64,000 bases of DNA from contig JAHLWS010000087.1 in the NCBI GenBank assembly GCA_019057795.1, positions 32,001 through 96,000 of the forward strand, read 5' to 3'. The notes below the pieces were generated by a model. The model worked only from the letters and a program-made list of their open reading frames with translations, was not told where the DNA came from and did not search any database. Below, piece by piece: positions 48,992-58,961 of this stretch; the stretch's first letter is position 1; the number at the start of each line of letters is the position of its first letter. This stretch comes from Promethearchaeota archaeon. Its GTDB lineage: Archaea > Asgardarchaeota > Lokiarchaeia > Sigyniarchaeales > SOKP01. A program made the position numbers and the translations under genes.

Positions 48992-49536
48992 ATTTTAAAA
49001 CAAGCTAATATCAAAGCATTGCGAAATTTACCATCAATATTAAGATATTTTCTTAGTATTCCTTCCTCTTCGAAGTTAGAGTTTTTAAACATTTTGATGG
49101 ACCTTTCATTTTTAACAGCTATATGTGCTTCGATCCTATTTAGATTTAGATGGTTAAAAGCAATATTTTTAGCTAATTGTATTACTCGTTTACCTAATCC
49201 TTTCTCCCAATATTCTGGAAGAATCCATATTCCAACACCGGAACGATTATGAAACCAACTTATATTCCAGAGACTAGCTGAACCAATCCTACTTTTACTT
49301 TTATCATCTCGTAATTCTATAACATAATTAAATTGAAGATAATTATCCCATGATTTTAGATAATTTTTGATTAATCTTCTTGAATGCTCTAAAGATCTTA
49401 GCGGTCCTAACGATAAAAAATTAGTCATCTCTTTATTAGTAAGACTATTATAAAAAAAAGAAATGTCATCTTTAGAAACCTTTCTAAGAAAAAGATTTCC
49501 TTCGTTAATTTCATCGATTACTTCGATATTTACCAT
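48988..49536 (-). CDS. GNAT N-acetyltransferase, RimJ/RimL-like
   Basis: GIWILPEYWEKGLG, AFNHLNLNRIEA, NERSIKM, EEGILR. Confidence 0.88.
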   Translation of the reverse strand: MVNIEVIDEINEGNLFLRKVSKDDISFFYNSLTNKEMTNFLSLGPLRSLEHSRRLIKNYLKSWDNYLQFNYVIELRDDKSKSRIGSASLWNISWFHNRSGVGIWILPEYWEKGLGKRVIQLAKNIAFNHLNLNRIEAHIAVKNERSIKMFKNSNFEEEGILRKYLNIDGKFRNALILACFKI

Positions 49537-49632
49537 TAGTTATTTTATAACCAAAATTGTTTAAAAAATTATAGATAGATATGTGTAAATAAAAAAAGTA
49601 AAAAAAATTTGAATATAATTTTAGACATTCGA

Positions 49633-50583
49633 CTACATTCCTATAAAGTGAGGAGTATCCTTAATCTTTCTCCTACCACCGCACACGTCACACTTTGTAC
49701 CGTCTTCAAATTTACCCTTACCGCCACATTTTGGACATTTAACCTTTCTATTGAACGCCAAGATTCCTTCTTTAGCATCAGAGGATACTTGGTTGATTCC
49801 AAAACCCATTTGCTCCATGATAAGGCCTAATTGTGGATAGCGCGTTCCAAATTTAACACCCTTCTTTATAACGAATAATGCTGTTGTTGGAGCATCACCA
49901 AGCCATTTGGCTTTTTCGTGGACAAGTTTTTCAAATTCTTCTCCAGCAGGTGCAATCCAAGTGACAAGTCCCCAATCGAGCATCGTTTTAGCATCGAAAT
50001 GCTCACCAAAATAAGCCATGCGGAGTGCTCTATTAAGTCCTACTCTTTCTGCCATGCGGGTAATACCACCATTAGCAGGAAAGATTCCTCGATTGATTTC
50101 AGGTACCCCAAATATTGATCGATCAGAAGCAATAACAATATCGCATGTAAGTACTAATTCGATACCCCCGCCTAATGCAAAACCGTCAACAGCAGCAATT
50201 AAGGGTTTATTAAATTGTTCTAATTCATCATAATCACGATGTCGTAATCTCATAGCTAAAGCCATATGCCAAGGGATATTTGGTTTTAGATCTTTGCCGA
50301 AACCAGCACCTAAATCAGCACCTACCGAAAAGGAAGGTTTTTTAGTTACATTCTTTGTACCTCGTAATACTACTGCTCTTACGCTCGGATCAGTTTCCAT
50401 AAGTCGTAAAGCTTGAGCAAGTTCTGAAACTGTTTGATTTGTTAAAGCATTTAATCGATCTGGTCTATCGATCGATATTACTGCGTAATTTCCATCAATT
50501 GTCCCTTCTCGAATAACATTACCTTGTATGTCTGTTTTTGTTGGCCATTCAATTTTAATATGTTCAAATACATTTTCCGACAT
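49633..50583 (-). CDS. Enoyl-CoA hydratase with DnaJ-type Zn finger inserted in the C-terminal tail
   Basis: FSVGADL, DGFALGGGIEL, PEINRGIFP; CPKCGGKG...CDVCGG between EGILAF and PHFIG. Confidence 0.88.
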   Translation of the reverse strand: MSENVFEHIKIEWPTKTDIQGNVIREGTIDGNYAVISIDRPDRLNALTNQTVSELAQALRLMETDPSVRAVVLRGTKNVTKKPSFSVGADLGAGFGKDLKPNIPWHMALAMRLRHRDYDELEQFNKPLIAAVDGFALGGGIELVLTCDIVIASDRSIFGVPEINRGIFPANGGITRMAERVGLNRALRMAYFGEHFDAKTMLDWGLVTWIAPAGEEFEKLVHEKAKWLGDAPTTALFVIKKGVKFGTRYPQLGLIMEQMGFGINQVSSDAKEGILAFNRKVKCPKCGGKGKFEDGTKCDVCGGRRKIKDTPHFIGM

Positions 50584-50801
50584 ATTTAATAACCTCTTTT
50601 AAAAACCTTTTTTCAATTAATTTAATTATTCTTAAAATTTGATTTATGAATATTTAGTAGTAATTTTTTAGTAATTAAAAACTTTCAAATTTTTCATTTT
50701 CTAATTGTTAATGTAAAAAAAAAGTAATTCAATCTATCAAACCAACAATACAATGGAAAAAAAAGTAAAAATAAATGATATTTTTTAATTAATTATTAGA
50801 A

Positions 50802-51977
50802 TTATTTTCGCATGCTAACAAAGCCGCCAGTTTTCATCAATTCGCAAGGTTTAAGATATTCTTTACCAGTCTTCTCTGCTAACTCTTCTAAAATTTTAGC
50901 CCATTTCTCAAATTGCTTTTTACCAGCAGCAAAGGGTCCAGGTGTGTTCATTCCCGCCATGTTTGCTTCGTCAATTACTTTGAAGCCTGTTACAACTTTC
51001 TCTTCTAATAGGCGGCAACCTTCGTTTAACATAATTGCCATTGAAGTTTCAACGCTAAATAGGCCTGCTTTTTGAGATTTGTCGATTTTTGGTCTTCCTC
51101 CAGACCAATCAAAAAATCCCTGAGCTGTTTTACGCCCAAGTTTCTTGTCTTCAACCATCTTGGTAATAACTTTTCCGGGCTTAAAATTAGGAGATAATGT
51201 TTCTGTGTAATAATTACCCACATGAAACATTGTATCGAGTCCTACATAATCCGATAGTTCACAAGGTCCCATTGGCATCAAAGACCCCGCATCACCATCA
51301 ATTTGCTCCCATGGAATTCCTTTCTCAGCTGCTTGATCGAATATCCAATTCATATAAATTTGGACTGGTGCATTCATTCTGTTAACAATAAATCCAGGTC
51401 TATCCTTCAATACTTTAGGAACAAATCTCTTCCCTCTTAAACAAGGTAAAGATTGACCTACTTGAACACCTATATCCATCACCTCATCAGAACTTTTTTC
51501 ACCGGCTATAATTTCAACCAATCTCATTAAAATTGGCGGATTAAAGAAGTGCATACCAATTACTTTATCTGGTCTATTTGTTGCCGTAGCAATTTCAGTA
51601 ATGCTCATCGTAGAAGTATTTGTAGCTAAAATACAATGTGCTGGTGCGTTTTCGTCGCAAGTTTTAAAAACTTGTTTTTTTATATCCATTAATTCAACAA
51701 CAGCTTCCAATACAAAATCAGCGTCTTTTACTGCACTTGCAGTATCTGTAGATTTCTTTAATTTTCCCATAAGATCAGCGGAAGAAATTCCCTCTCCTAA
51801 CTTTCCTTTGGCTTCAAGTTTTTTTAACCCTTGTTCTATTTTAGCAACTCCATTATCAACGAATTCCTCTTTAATATCGACTAATGTTACATTATAACCC
51901 GCCATTAGAAAGATTTGACCGGCATTGTGGCCCATTAGACCAGCACCTATAATAACAACATTTTTAACATCAACCAT
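50802..51977 (-). CDS. 3-hydroxyacyl-CoA dehydrogenase
   Basis: GAGLMG, EAVVE, ATNTST, GMHFFNP, PGFIVNR, MGPCEL.D.VGLD. Confidence 0.92.
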   Translation of the reverse strand: MVDVKNVVIIGAGLMGHNAGQIFLMAGYNVTLVDIKEEFVDNGVAKIEQGLKKLEAKGKLGEGISSADLMGKLKKSTDTASAVKDADFVLEAVVELMDIKKQVFKTCDENAPAHCILATNTSTMSITEIATATNRPDKVIGMHFFNPPILMRLVEIIAGEKSSDEVMDIGVQVGQSLPCLRGKRFVPKVLKDRPGFIVNRMNAPVQIYMNWIFDQAAEKGIPWEQIDGDAGSLMPMGPCELSDYVGLDTMFHVGNYYTETLSPNFKPGKVITKMVEDKKLGRKTAQGFFDWSGGRPKIDKSQKAGLFSVETSMAIMLNEGCRLLEEKVVTGFKVIDEANMAGMNTPGPFAAGKKQFEKWAKILEELAEKTGKEYLKPCELMKTGGFVSMRK

Positions 51978-52272
51978 TTTTGTTTCTCAACCTTTTTATT
52001 TTATTTTAATATTTTTTATAAACAGATTGTAATATGTAAATTAATTCGAATTTTTTTTTAACTTTTGACATTTTGTTTTTCAAAAAGTACAAATAAATGA
52101 TCAATAAGATTATAATTAATCTTTAATTTAAAAAAAATTATTGATCTTATGAAAAACAAGGAAGATAGATTTATGAATGAGAGTATAATTCAACGAGTAA
52201 TTGATCCCGAAACAAGTAGAGATATAACTAGGAATTTGTCAATCAGAAGTTGAAAGAGAAATTGTAATTCCA

Positions 52273-52833
52273 TCATACTTTATCAGAGTTGTGATAAAAA
52301 ATCATTTCTTCTACACACACATTTTTTTCAGGATCGTCGTGGAGAAAGTTAATCTCTATTTTTTTAACTTTATTTCCTAATAATTTTCGGAAGGCCGTTT
52401 CAAAATAACCTTTATTGACTCGGCAAAACGCTTTCCCGGGTTGTAGTTTTTCTCTGCGTTTACTAGGCTCTCTTAAAAAGCAGAAATTTTCTATAACTAC
52501 TCTGGTTTGATCTGAATTTAATTGAACTTCTCTAATTTGTATTGAATAAAAATCTTTCAATTCGGTTAATAAGATTTCTAAAGCTTCAAAAATTCCAAAT
52601 TCCTCCTTGTTATGCTTTTCTTTTATCCGTTTAGCAATTATCTCTCCCGGTCCTGATCCTGTCTGATACAGCATTGAAAGCAAACTATTTTTACCGAAAA
52701 TATCAAGGATTTTATAAACCATTGATTCACAGATTATTTCAAACCCTTTTAACGAATTAACATTAGAACTATCATTTTGAATCTTCTTATTTATATCATT
52801 TAAAATATCTTCATTTATTTCATCTATTTCCAA
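52273..52833 (-). CDS. V4R/Bet3-like (HNOX-fold) domain protein
   Basis: LLSMLYQTG...G..IA helix; NFCFL, AFC...GYF..AF, VC Cys pattern. Confidence 0.6.
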   Translation of the reverse strand: MEIDEINEDILNDINKKIQNDSSNVNSLKGFEIICESMVYKILDIFGKNSLLSMLYQTGSGPGEIIAKRIKEKHNKEEFGIFEALEILLTELKDFYSIQIREVQLNSDQTRVVIENFCFLREPSKRREKLQPGKAFCRVNKGYFETAFRKLLGNKVKKIEINFLHDDPEKNVCVEEMIFYHNSDKV

Positions 52834-52998
52834 AAAACAATCCCCTAAATCTACGATATTGATTTTATTCGGTTATATTCTTAATTAATAATTTAAACAT
52901 GAAACTATATAAATATTTAATTTCAATTATAAGATTAAGCGTGGTTTTATAAAGTTACATTTTTCGAATAAATGTCTTATTTAAAGAACAAAATATTA

Positions 52999-53547
52999 TT
53001 ATGTCAAAAGATTGGGATTTTCAGCTATATTAATTAATGCATTTTCAAAATCCTTATAATCAGGTAATGATTCAAGACAAACTGAGATGTTTCTCAAATT
53101 GCTGTTTCTTTCTAAAATGAACTTCTTAATCGTTGGAATAATTATATCTGCACAAATCTTCGCGTTAAATCCGATTACTTCTTTCGATATTGGAGGATAA
53201 GCGATTGAATATAAACCTTCTTTATCGGCTAATTTTAGCGAATTCCAGATCGCTAACATCATTTTTTTTTGATCGTGACCTGCTCTTACATGGAAAATAA
53301 ATTTAGCATTTAAATTGCCGCCAGAGGTAATTACAGCATCCCCAATTGGAACATTTGATATCTTACTAATAATACGATTACATTCTACTTGTATTTTATG
53401 ACCCGCTCCTTTCAATACTCGACATCTTAAGGTACCACTAGGCAAAAGCCGACTATTTGTAGGAATGGCAATTGCATCGTAGTCAGCATTAATTATATCG
53501 CCGATAAAAACTTCTATAACCGTGTTATTGATCGTTAATTGATTCAT
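52999..53547 (-). CDS. Macrodomain protein (degenerate ADP-ribose-binding motif)
   Basis: GDI...DAIAIPTNS, GDAVITSGGNL.AKFIFHV, SIAYPPIS. Confidence 0.8.
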   Translation of the reverse strand: MNQLTINNTVIEVFIGDIINADYDAIAIPTNSRLLPSGTLRCRVLKGAGHKIQVECNRIISKISNVPIGDAVITSGGNLNAKFIFHVRAGHDQKKMMLAIWNSLKLADKEGLYSIAYPPISKEVIGFNAKICADIIIPTIKKFILERNSNLRNISVCLESLPDYKDFENALINIAENPNLLT

Positions 53548-53685
53548 TAAAAGATTTATTAATATTTTTATACAATTTTTCTAATAGTATAAGTTATTTT
53601 TAATATTATCTTTAATTTATATAGGCTTATTGCGAGAACCTTTACAAAAATGTAAGCATTTAAAAGCAGTTTAAACAAGTTTAAC

Positions 53686-54171
53686 TTATTGATTTATGCG
53701 TTTAACTTTCTTAACGAGCGCCTCTACATTTTTTTCAACGATTTCTAATATTTCGTCGTATCGTTTTTTCTCAGTTTTATAAGGATCTGGAATGTTTAAA
53801 TCCTTTTTATCTGCCCCATTAAATTCTTTCAAAGTATATAATTTCTGTTTTAATTGTTCTTGTAAAGTTCTAAATCTTTTTTTAACTTTTGTTAAATGAT
53901 ATCGTTCCATACCTATTATAAGATCTTGTTTTTCTATCAATTCTCTTGTTATGACCTTAGGTTGAAAATCACTTATTTCAATACCTTTTGATTGTATATA
54001 ATCTATTGTCTCTGGTTGAGCGTAATCAAAAGCATCGTGCCATCCCGCAGAATCGAAGATAACTCCTTGTAACTCGTATTTTTTACCGTAAAAGTTCGCA
54101 AGATGTTGTGCTGCTGGCGAACGACATGTGTTTGCGTAACATATGAATAAAATTCGTTTTATTTTCGTCAT
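53686..54171 (-). CDS. Low-molecular-weight protein phosphatase
   Basis: CYANTCRSP, DSAG, IPDPY. Confidence 0.88.
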   Translation of the reverse strand: MTKIKRILFICYANTCRSPAAQHLANFYGKKYELQGVIFDSAGWHDAFDYAQPETIDYIQSKGIEISDFQPKVITRELIEKQDLIIGMERYHLTKVKKRFRTLQEQLKQKLYTLKEFNGADKKDLNIPDPYKTEKKRYDEILEIVEKNVEALVKKVKRINQ

Positions 54172-54190
54172 TTTTGCTCTTACTAAGTAG

Positions 54191-54676
54191 TTAGAGTTCG
54201 GTTTTATTTATCCGAATTATTTTTTCAATCATTTTTTCGATATTTTCATCAATTATTTTAAGAACTTTCTGGTAAGTCTTAGTACTGGCGTAATACGGAT
54301 CTATTATATCTAAATCATCAGTTTCTCCGTTAAATTCTTTTAAAGTAAACAATTTTTTACTGATGTCGTTAACTCCTTGATAATTTTCTCTAATATCGAT
54401 AACATGTGACTTTTCCATCGTTATAATTAAGTCTTGTTTTTCTAGCAATTTTCGATTGATTATTTGGGGTTGAAAATCAGAGTGTTTGATGCCCTTTGAA
54501 TTTAAATATTCCTGAGATTCGGGTTGCATGTAAGAAAAAGCATTTATAAAACCAGCGCTCTCAAAAGTTAAATTAACATCATATTTCTTGGCGTAATCTC
54601 GTGCTAAGTATTCAGCAGCAGGAGATCTTGCTGTATTTCCTAAACAAACTATTAAAATCTTTGAGATATTATTCAT
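54191..54676 (-). CDS. Low-molecular-weight protein phosphatase
   Basis: CLGNTARSP, ESAG, IIDPY. Confidence 0.88.
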   Translation of the reverse strand: MNNISKILIVCLGNTARSPAAEYLARDYAKKYDVNLTFESAGFINAFSYMQPESQEYLNSKGIKHSDFQPQIINRKLLEKQDLIITMEKSHVIDIRENYQGVNDISKKLFTLKEFNGETDDLDIIDPYYASTKTYQKVLKIIDENIEKMIEKIIRINKTEL

Positions 54677-54949
54677 TTTTTATTATATATGTAAATAAAT
54701 TTATCCAAAAAAACTTTCCTTCATTAAAAAATATGTGAAGATTATTTTTTAATTAAACAAATCTAAATTATTGTTATAAAACCTAGAAAAAATACAAATA
54801 CATCTTTTTATTAATTAAAAAAAAATTATATTAATTGCTTATTGGTTTCATATTAAAAGCACCCATCTCTGTATGTGTCTAATCTATTAAAAAAGATTTT
54901 TAAAATATTGTAAATAAAGAATTTAAATACTATAATATCATAAATAAAG

Positions 54950-56602
54950 ATGATATTGATGAAAAAGGAATCCCTTAAAAATTGGTTTGTAAGAGTATTT
55001 GCTAGAGATATCGACTTGCCAAAGAACTCAATAGTTTATTTATTTTTCTCTCTTTTGGCAATTCTCTTAATTATTGAGGCTTTATTATTCAAATATGTCG
55101 GTTTAACGGAAAATGTTTCAGTTATAAATATTGAGATAGGTGTAATATTATTTACACTTGCTATTAGTTTCCTTACCTCAGTTATACTTGTTGATAAAAT
55201 AAAGAAAAGAACAAGATATTTTAATTTAACTTTGCTTATATGTATAATAGGAATATTTTTTAGTGCTTTTTCTGAAGTAATTTTATATTATATAGGTTTA
55301 TTAATCGTATTAATAACAGTTCCTCAATTAATAGCATTATGGTTTACAACATTAGTTCATGAAACTAATATTTTAAATAGGGGAAGGATAACTGCTTTTC
55401 TTCTAGCTTCATGTTCCCTTTTAGGTTGGTTTGGTTTTATTTTTGTAACTTTTGAATTTTTGTACAACTATTTTTTTATTTTAATATCAATACTTTTAGT
55501 AATAATTTTTTGGTGTTCTAGAAAATATAAATATATAGAAACTGAAGAGAGGCTTAAATCTGATAAGAAATTTTGGAATATTATTTTTGAAAAGCAATTT
55601 TTTCGGTATTCATCTAGTTTCACAATATTAAGTTTTGTTTTAGGGGATCTTTTAGCTCGATATAGTTTCGATGTAGACTTTTTTGTTTTTTTTTTGGCAT
55701 CTACAATATATCTCATCGTAGCGGGTTGTTTTTTAGATAATATAGGTAGAAAAACCTCAATAGTATTAGGGATTTTAGTTCTATCGTTTTTTCTTATATC
55801 TTATGGATCGTTTATAGAATTAGATTACATATTTGGACTGCCAAGAAAAGTTTTTCTTTCTATTCATTACGGGTTGTCGTTACTACCTCTTATACTTGCA
55901 ATCCAAACTATATCTGGAGATTTTTCAACAGAAAGGGGAAATTTAAAATATAGAGGTCGTATTAATGGTCTTTTTTTGGCTTTAATGTTTATAGGAATTG
56001 CTTTTGGTTTTATTTTTAGTAGATGGATAAATGGTTTGTATGCACTTTATCCAGAATTAAATATTATCATTCCCAATTTTCCAAATCTCTTAAATGGGTT
56101 TGTTTTAGTTATTCTTCTTGTTTGGATGATGGCAATGAAAGAATTTTTAATATCTAAAGAAAAAAATTGGCCATCAGCAATGATAAATCTTTATGTTTTT
56201 AGTGCTTATGGAGTTGGGCTTTACTATCATAATTTTGAGGAAAGCCCCAAAGAGGAAGAAAAAAAGGATAAGAGAGAGATGGATGAAGATCTTATTTCTG
56301 GAGCATTGACAGGTGTTGTAGCAATCATTTCTGAAATAACTCAAAGCAAAAAACAGTTAAGAAAAATTGACAAGGAGGGTTATCATCTTCTATTCTCTTT
56401 TGGAAAATACCACGTTGTCTGCTTAATTTCAACAATGGATTTACCAGTGTTATTAAAGAAACTTGATGAGTTTTCAAAAGATTTTGAAATAAAATTCGGG
56501 AAGGAGCTTAAAAATTTTGTAGGAAATGTTAGTCCTTTTGATTCTACAAAATATCTTATTGATAAATATTTCAATCAGAAATATGGGTTTTTTTTTAATT
56601 AA
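54950..56602 (+). CDS. MFS-like 12-TM membrane protein fused to a C-terminal longin-like domain
   Basis: LVDKIKKR and FLDNIGRK (MFS motif A-like), NRGRI/YRGRING; C-terminal INLYVFSAYGVGLY...LISGALTGV..II.EI...F.GNV..F. Confidence 0.7.
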   Translation: MILMKKESLKNWFVRVFARDIDLPKNSIVYLFFSLLAILLIIEALLFKYVGLTENVSVINIEIGVILFTLAISFLTSVILVDKIKKRTRYFNLTLLICIIGIFFSAFSEVILYYIGLLIVLITVPQLIALWFTTLVHETNILNRGRITAFLLASCSLLGWFGFIFVTFEFLYNYFFILISILLVIIFWCSRKYKYIETEERLKSDKKFWNIIFEKQFFRYSSSFTILSFVLGDLLARYSFDVDFFVFFLASTIYLIVAGCFLDNIGRKTSIVLGILVLSFFLISYGSFIELDYIFGLPRKVFLSIHYGLSLLPLILAIQTISGDFSTERGNLKYRGRINGLFLALMFIGIAFGFIFSRWINGLYALYPELNIIIPNFPNLLNGFVLVILLVWMMAMKEFLISKEKNWPSAMINLYVFSAYGVGLYYHNFEESPKEEEKKDKREMDEDLISGALTGVVAIISEITQSKKQLRKIDKEGYHLLFSFGKYHVVCLISTMDLPVLLKKLDEFSKDFEIKFGKELKNFVGNVSPFDSTKYLIDKYFNQKYGFFFN

Positions 56603-56620
56603 TTTATAATTAAAATCTTA

Positions 56621-57124
56621 TTAATTTTCTTCAGAATTATTAATTTTGATAATCTTTTCAATTGATTTAATTATTCCATCTTCAATTCGTTTAAGAACTT
56701 TATTATATTCATTTTCCTCTAAATAGAAAGGATCTTCTATTTCAAAATTTTCAGTTTCACCAGCAAATTCTAATAGTAAAAAGACCTTTTCATCCAGATC
56801 CTTTAAATGCTTGAATCTTCTCTTTAATTTTCGAACATGGTATTTCTCTTCGAAACATAGAATAAGGTCTTGTTTGGTTATTAGTTCTTCATCGACATCC
56901 TTGGCTTGAAAATCGTCCATTTCAACACCTTTAGATTTAAGATATTTTAACGTTCCTTCTTGAGGTTGTTCATAATAGTGGTAAAGTCCTGCCGAATCAA
57001 ACGCTATATCTTTTAATTCATCTTTATATATTGTTTGTTGTATCCATTTCGCAAAATATTCAGCAAACGGGCTTCGACATGTATTACCACTACATAAAAA
57101 AAGTATATTTTTAATTTTATGCAT
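56621..57124 (-). CDS. Low-molecular-weight protein phosphatase
   Basis: CSGNTCRSP, DSAG, IEDPF. Confidence 0.88.
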   Translation of the reverse strand: MHKIKNILFLCSGNTCRSPFAEYFAKWIQQTIYKDELKDIAFDSAGLYHYYEQPQEGTLKYLKSKGVEMDDFQAKDVDEELITKQDLILCFEEKYHVRKLKRRFKHLKDLDEKVFLLLEFAGETENFEIEDPFYLEENEYNKVLKRIEDGIIKSIEKIIKINNSEEN

Positions 57125-57274
57125 AATCTAAACCAAAAAATGTAGACAACCAAAAAAAAATTATTATTCTGTTCAAAAAGATATTTAAAAATAATTTCAT
57201 TTTGCTATTTTAAGATATTTTTGTAAAAACATGGGGTTTGAAAATATATTTCATTAAAATTAAAAACGAGTTTC

Positions 57275-58825
57275 TTGATAATAGGAGGAGGCATTTCTGG
57301 TCTATCTTTAGCCATTAACTTAGCAAAGATGGTTCCTGAGGAGGATATATTATTAATTACCAAAGAAAAATTATCAGAATGCAACACTTTTTATGCCCAA
57401 GGTGGAATCGCATGTGTACGGGACAAGAATGATAGTTTTGAGAAACACATTCAAGATACATTAATCGCTGGGGATGGACTTTGTGATGAAGAAGTTGTAA
57501 GGTTAATTGTATCAAAGGCGCCTGAAAGAATTGGTCAACTAATTGAGATGGGAGTTGAATTCTCAAGGAATAATGAGGGGGAATTTGATCTTGGAAAAGA
57601 AGGGGGCCATTCTGAAAGAAGAGTTCTTCATGTAAATGATTTAACAGGGCAGAATATAGAGCTTAAGCTTATCGAAAAAGTAAAAAAAATTCCAAATCTT
57701 CAAATTAAAGAAAATTGGTGTGCAATCAATTTATTCTGTAATAATTTTAGATGTGATGGCGCTTATGTATTAGACCAAAAGAGCGAAGAAATTTACAATA
57801 TTTCTGCTAAATCTACAATTTTAGCGACTGGTGGTGCCGGTAAGATTTATCTTTATACCACAAATCCAGATGTTGCCTCTGGAGATGGAATTGCAATGGC
57901 ATATCGTGCTGGAACGATAATTGCTAATATGGAATTTTATCAATTTCATCCTACTTGTCTTTATCACCCATTTGCTAAATCATTCTTGATAACGGAAGCC
58001 ATGAGAGGGGAAGGCGCTGTTTTAAAAGATATTAAAGGCAATGAATTTATGGAAAAATATCATCCTTTAAAGGAATTAGCACCACGAGATATTGTATCAC
58101 GAGCAATTGATAGAGAACTTAAACGAACTGGAGATGACCATGTAGTATTAGATTTTGCATCATATAGAAGTCCTGACTATATTAAAAGTCATTTTCCAGG
58201 CGTTTACGAGCAATGTAAATTATTTAATATCGATATTACTAAAGAACCAATACCCGTTGTCCCAGCAGCTCATTATAGTTGTGGAGGTGTACTTGTCAAA
58301 GTAAATGGTTCTACAAAAGTAAAAAATCTCTACACGATCGGAGAATCATCCTGTACGGGATTACATGGTGCTAATCGATTAGCAAGTAATTCTTTATTAG
58401 AAGGATTAGTGTGCGCATATGAATGTGCTAAAACACTTGCGAAAAAGACTAAAGATCTGAAAATTAACGAATTTAAAAAATGGGAACCCGGTCATGCCGT
58501 ACCCTCTACAGAAGCGGTTATAATAACACAGAATTGGGACGAAATAAGAAGATTCATGTGGAATTACGTTGGAATTGTCCGAACGGATAAGCGTCTTCAA
58601 AGAGCTAAAAAAAGAATTAATATGCTTCTGGACGAAATCAATCAATATTATTGGGATTTTAAAATAGAAAAAAATCTTGTTGAACTTAGAAATTTGGCTA
58701 CTGTCGCAAAAATAATAATAGTAAGTGCAATTTCTCGCAAAGAGAGTAGGGGAATCCATTACAATTTAGATCATCCAAATAAATCTGAAATGAGTAGAAA
58801 TACTACAATAAGAAGACCTTGGTAA
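57275..58825 (+). CDS. nadB: L-aspartate oxidase (true start possibly ATT 57248)
   Basis: NTFYAQGGIA, EGGHSERRVLH, QFHPT, LITEAMRGEG, LAPRDIVSRAI, GLHGANRLASNSLLE, ESRGIHY. Confidence 0.92.
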   Translation: MIIGGGISGLSLAINLAKMVPEEDILLITKEKLSECNTFYAQGGIACVRDKNDSFEKHIQDTLIAGDGLCDEEVVRLIVSKAPERIGQLIEMGVEFSRNNEGEFDLGKEGGHSERRVLHVNDLTGQNIELKLIEKVKKIPNLQIKENWCAINLFCNNFRCDGAYVLDQKSEEIYNISAKSTILATGGAGKIYLYTTNPDVASGDGIAMAYRAGTIIANMEFYQFHPTCLYHPFAKSFLITEAMRGEGAVLKDIKGNEFMEKYHPLKELAPRDIVSRAIDRELKRTGDDHVVLDFASYRSPDYIKSHFPGVYEQCKLFNIDITKEPIPVVPAAHYSCGGVLVKVNGSTKVKNLYTIGESSCTGLHGANRLASNSLLEGLVCAYECAKTLAKKTKDLKINEFKKWEPGHAVPSTEAVIITQNWDEIRRFMWNYVGIVRTDKRLQRAKKRINMLLDEINQYYWDFKIEKNLVELRNLATVAKIIIVSAISRKESRGIHYNLDHPNKSEMSRNTTIRRPW

Positions 58826-58961
58826 TTTGAATCCAATTATAAGTAAGAAATGTTTTAATTGTTATTTTTTTCGAGAATAATCTAATATTGATAATCCTAT
58901 TAGTTATTTAAATAAATTTTTATTTTAAGATTAAATATGTATAAGCAAGCTATATATTAAT

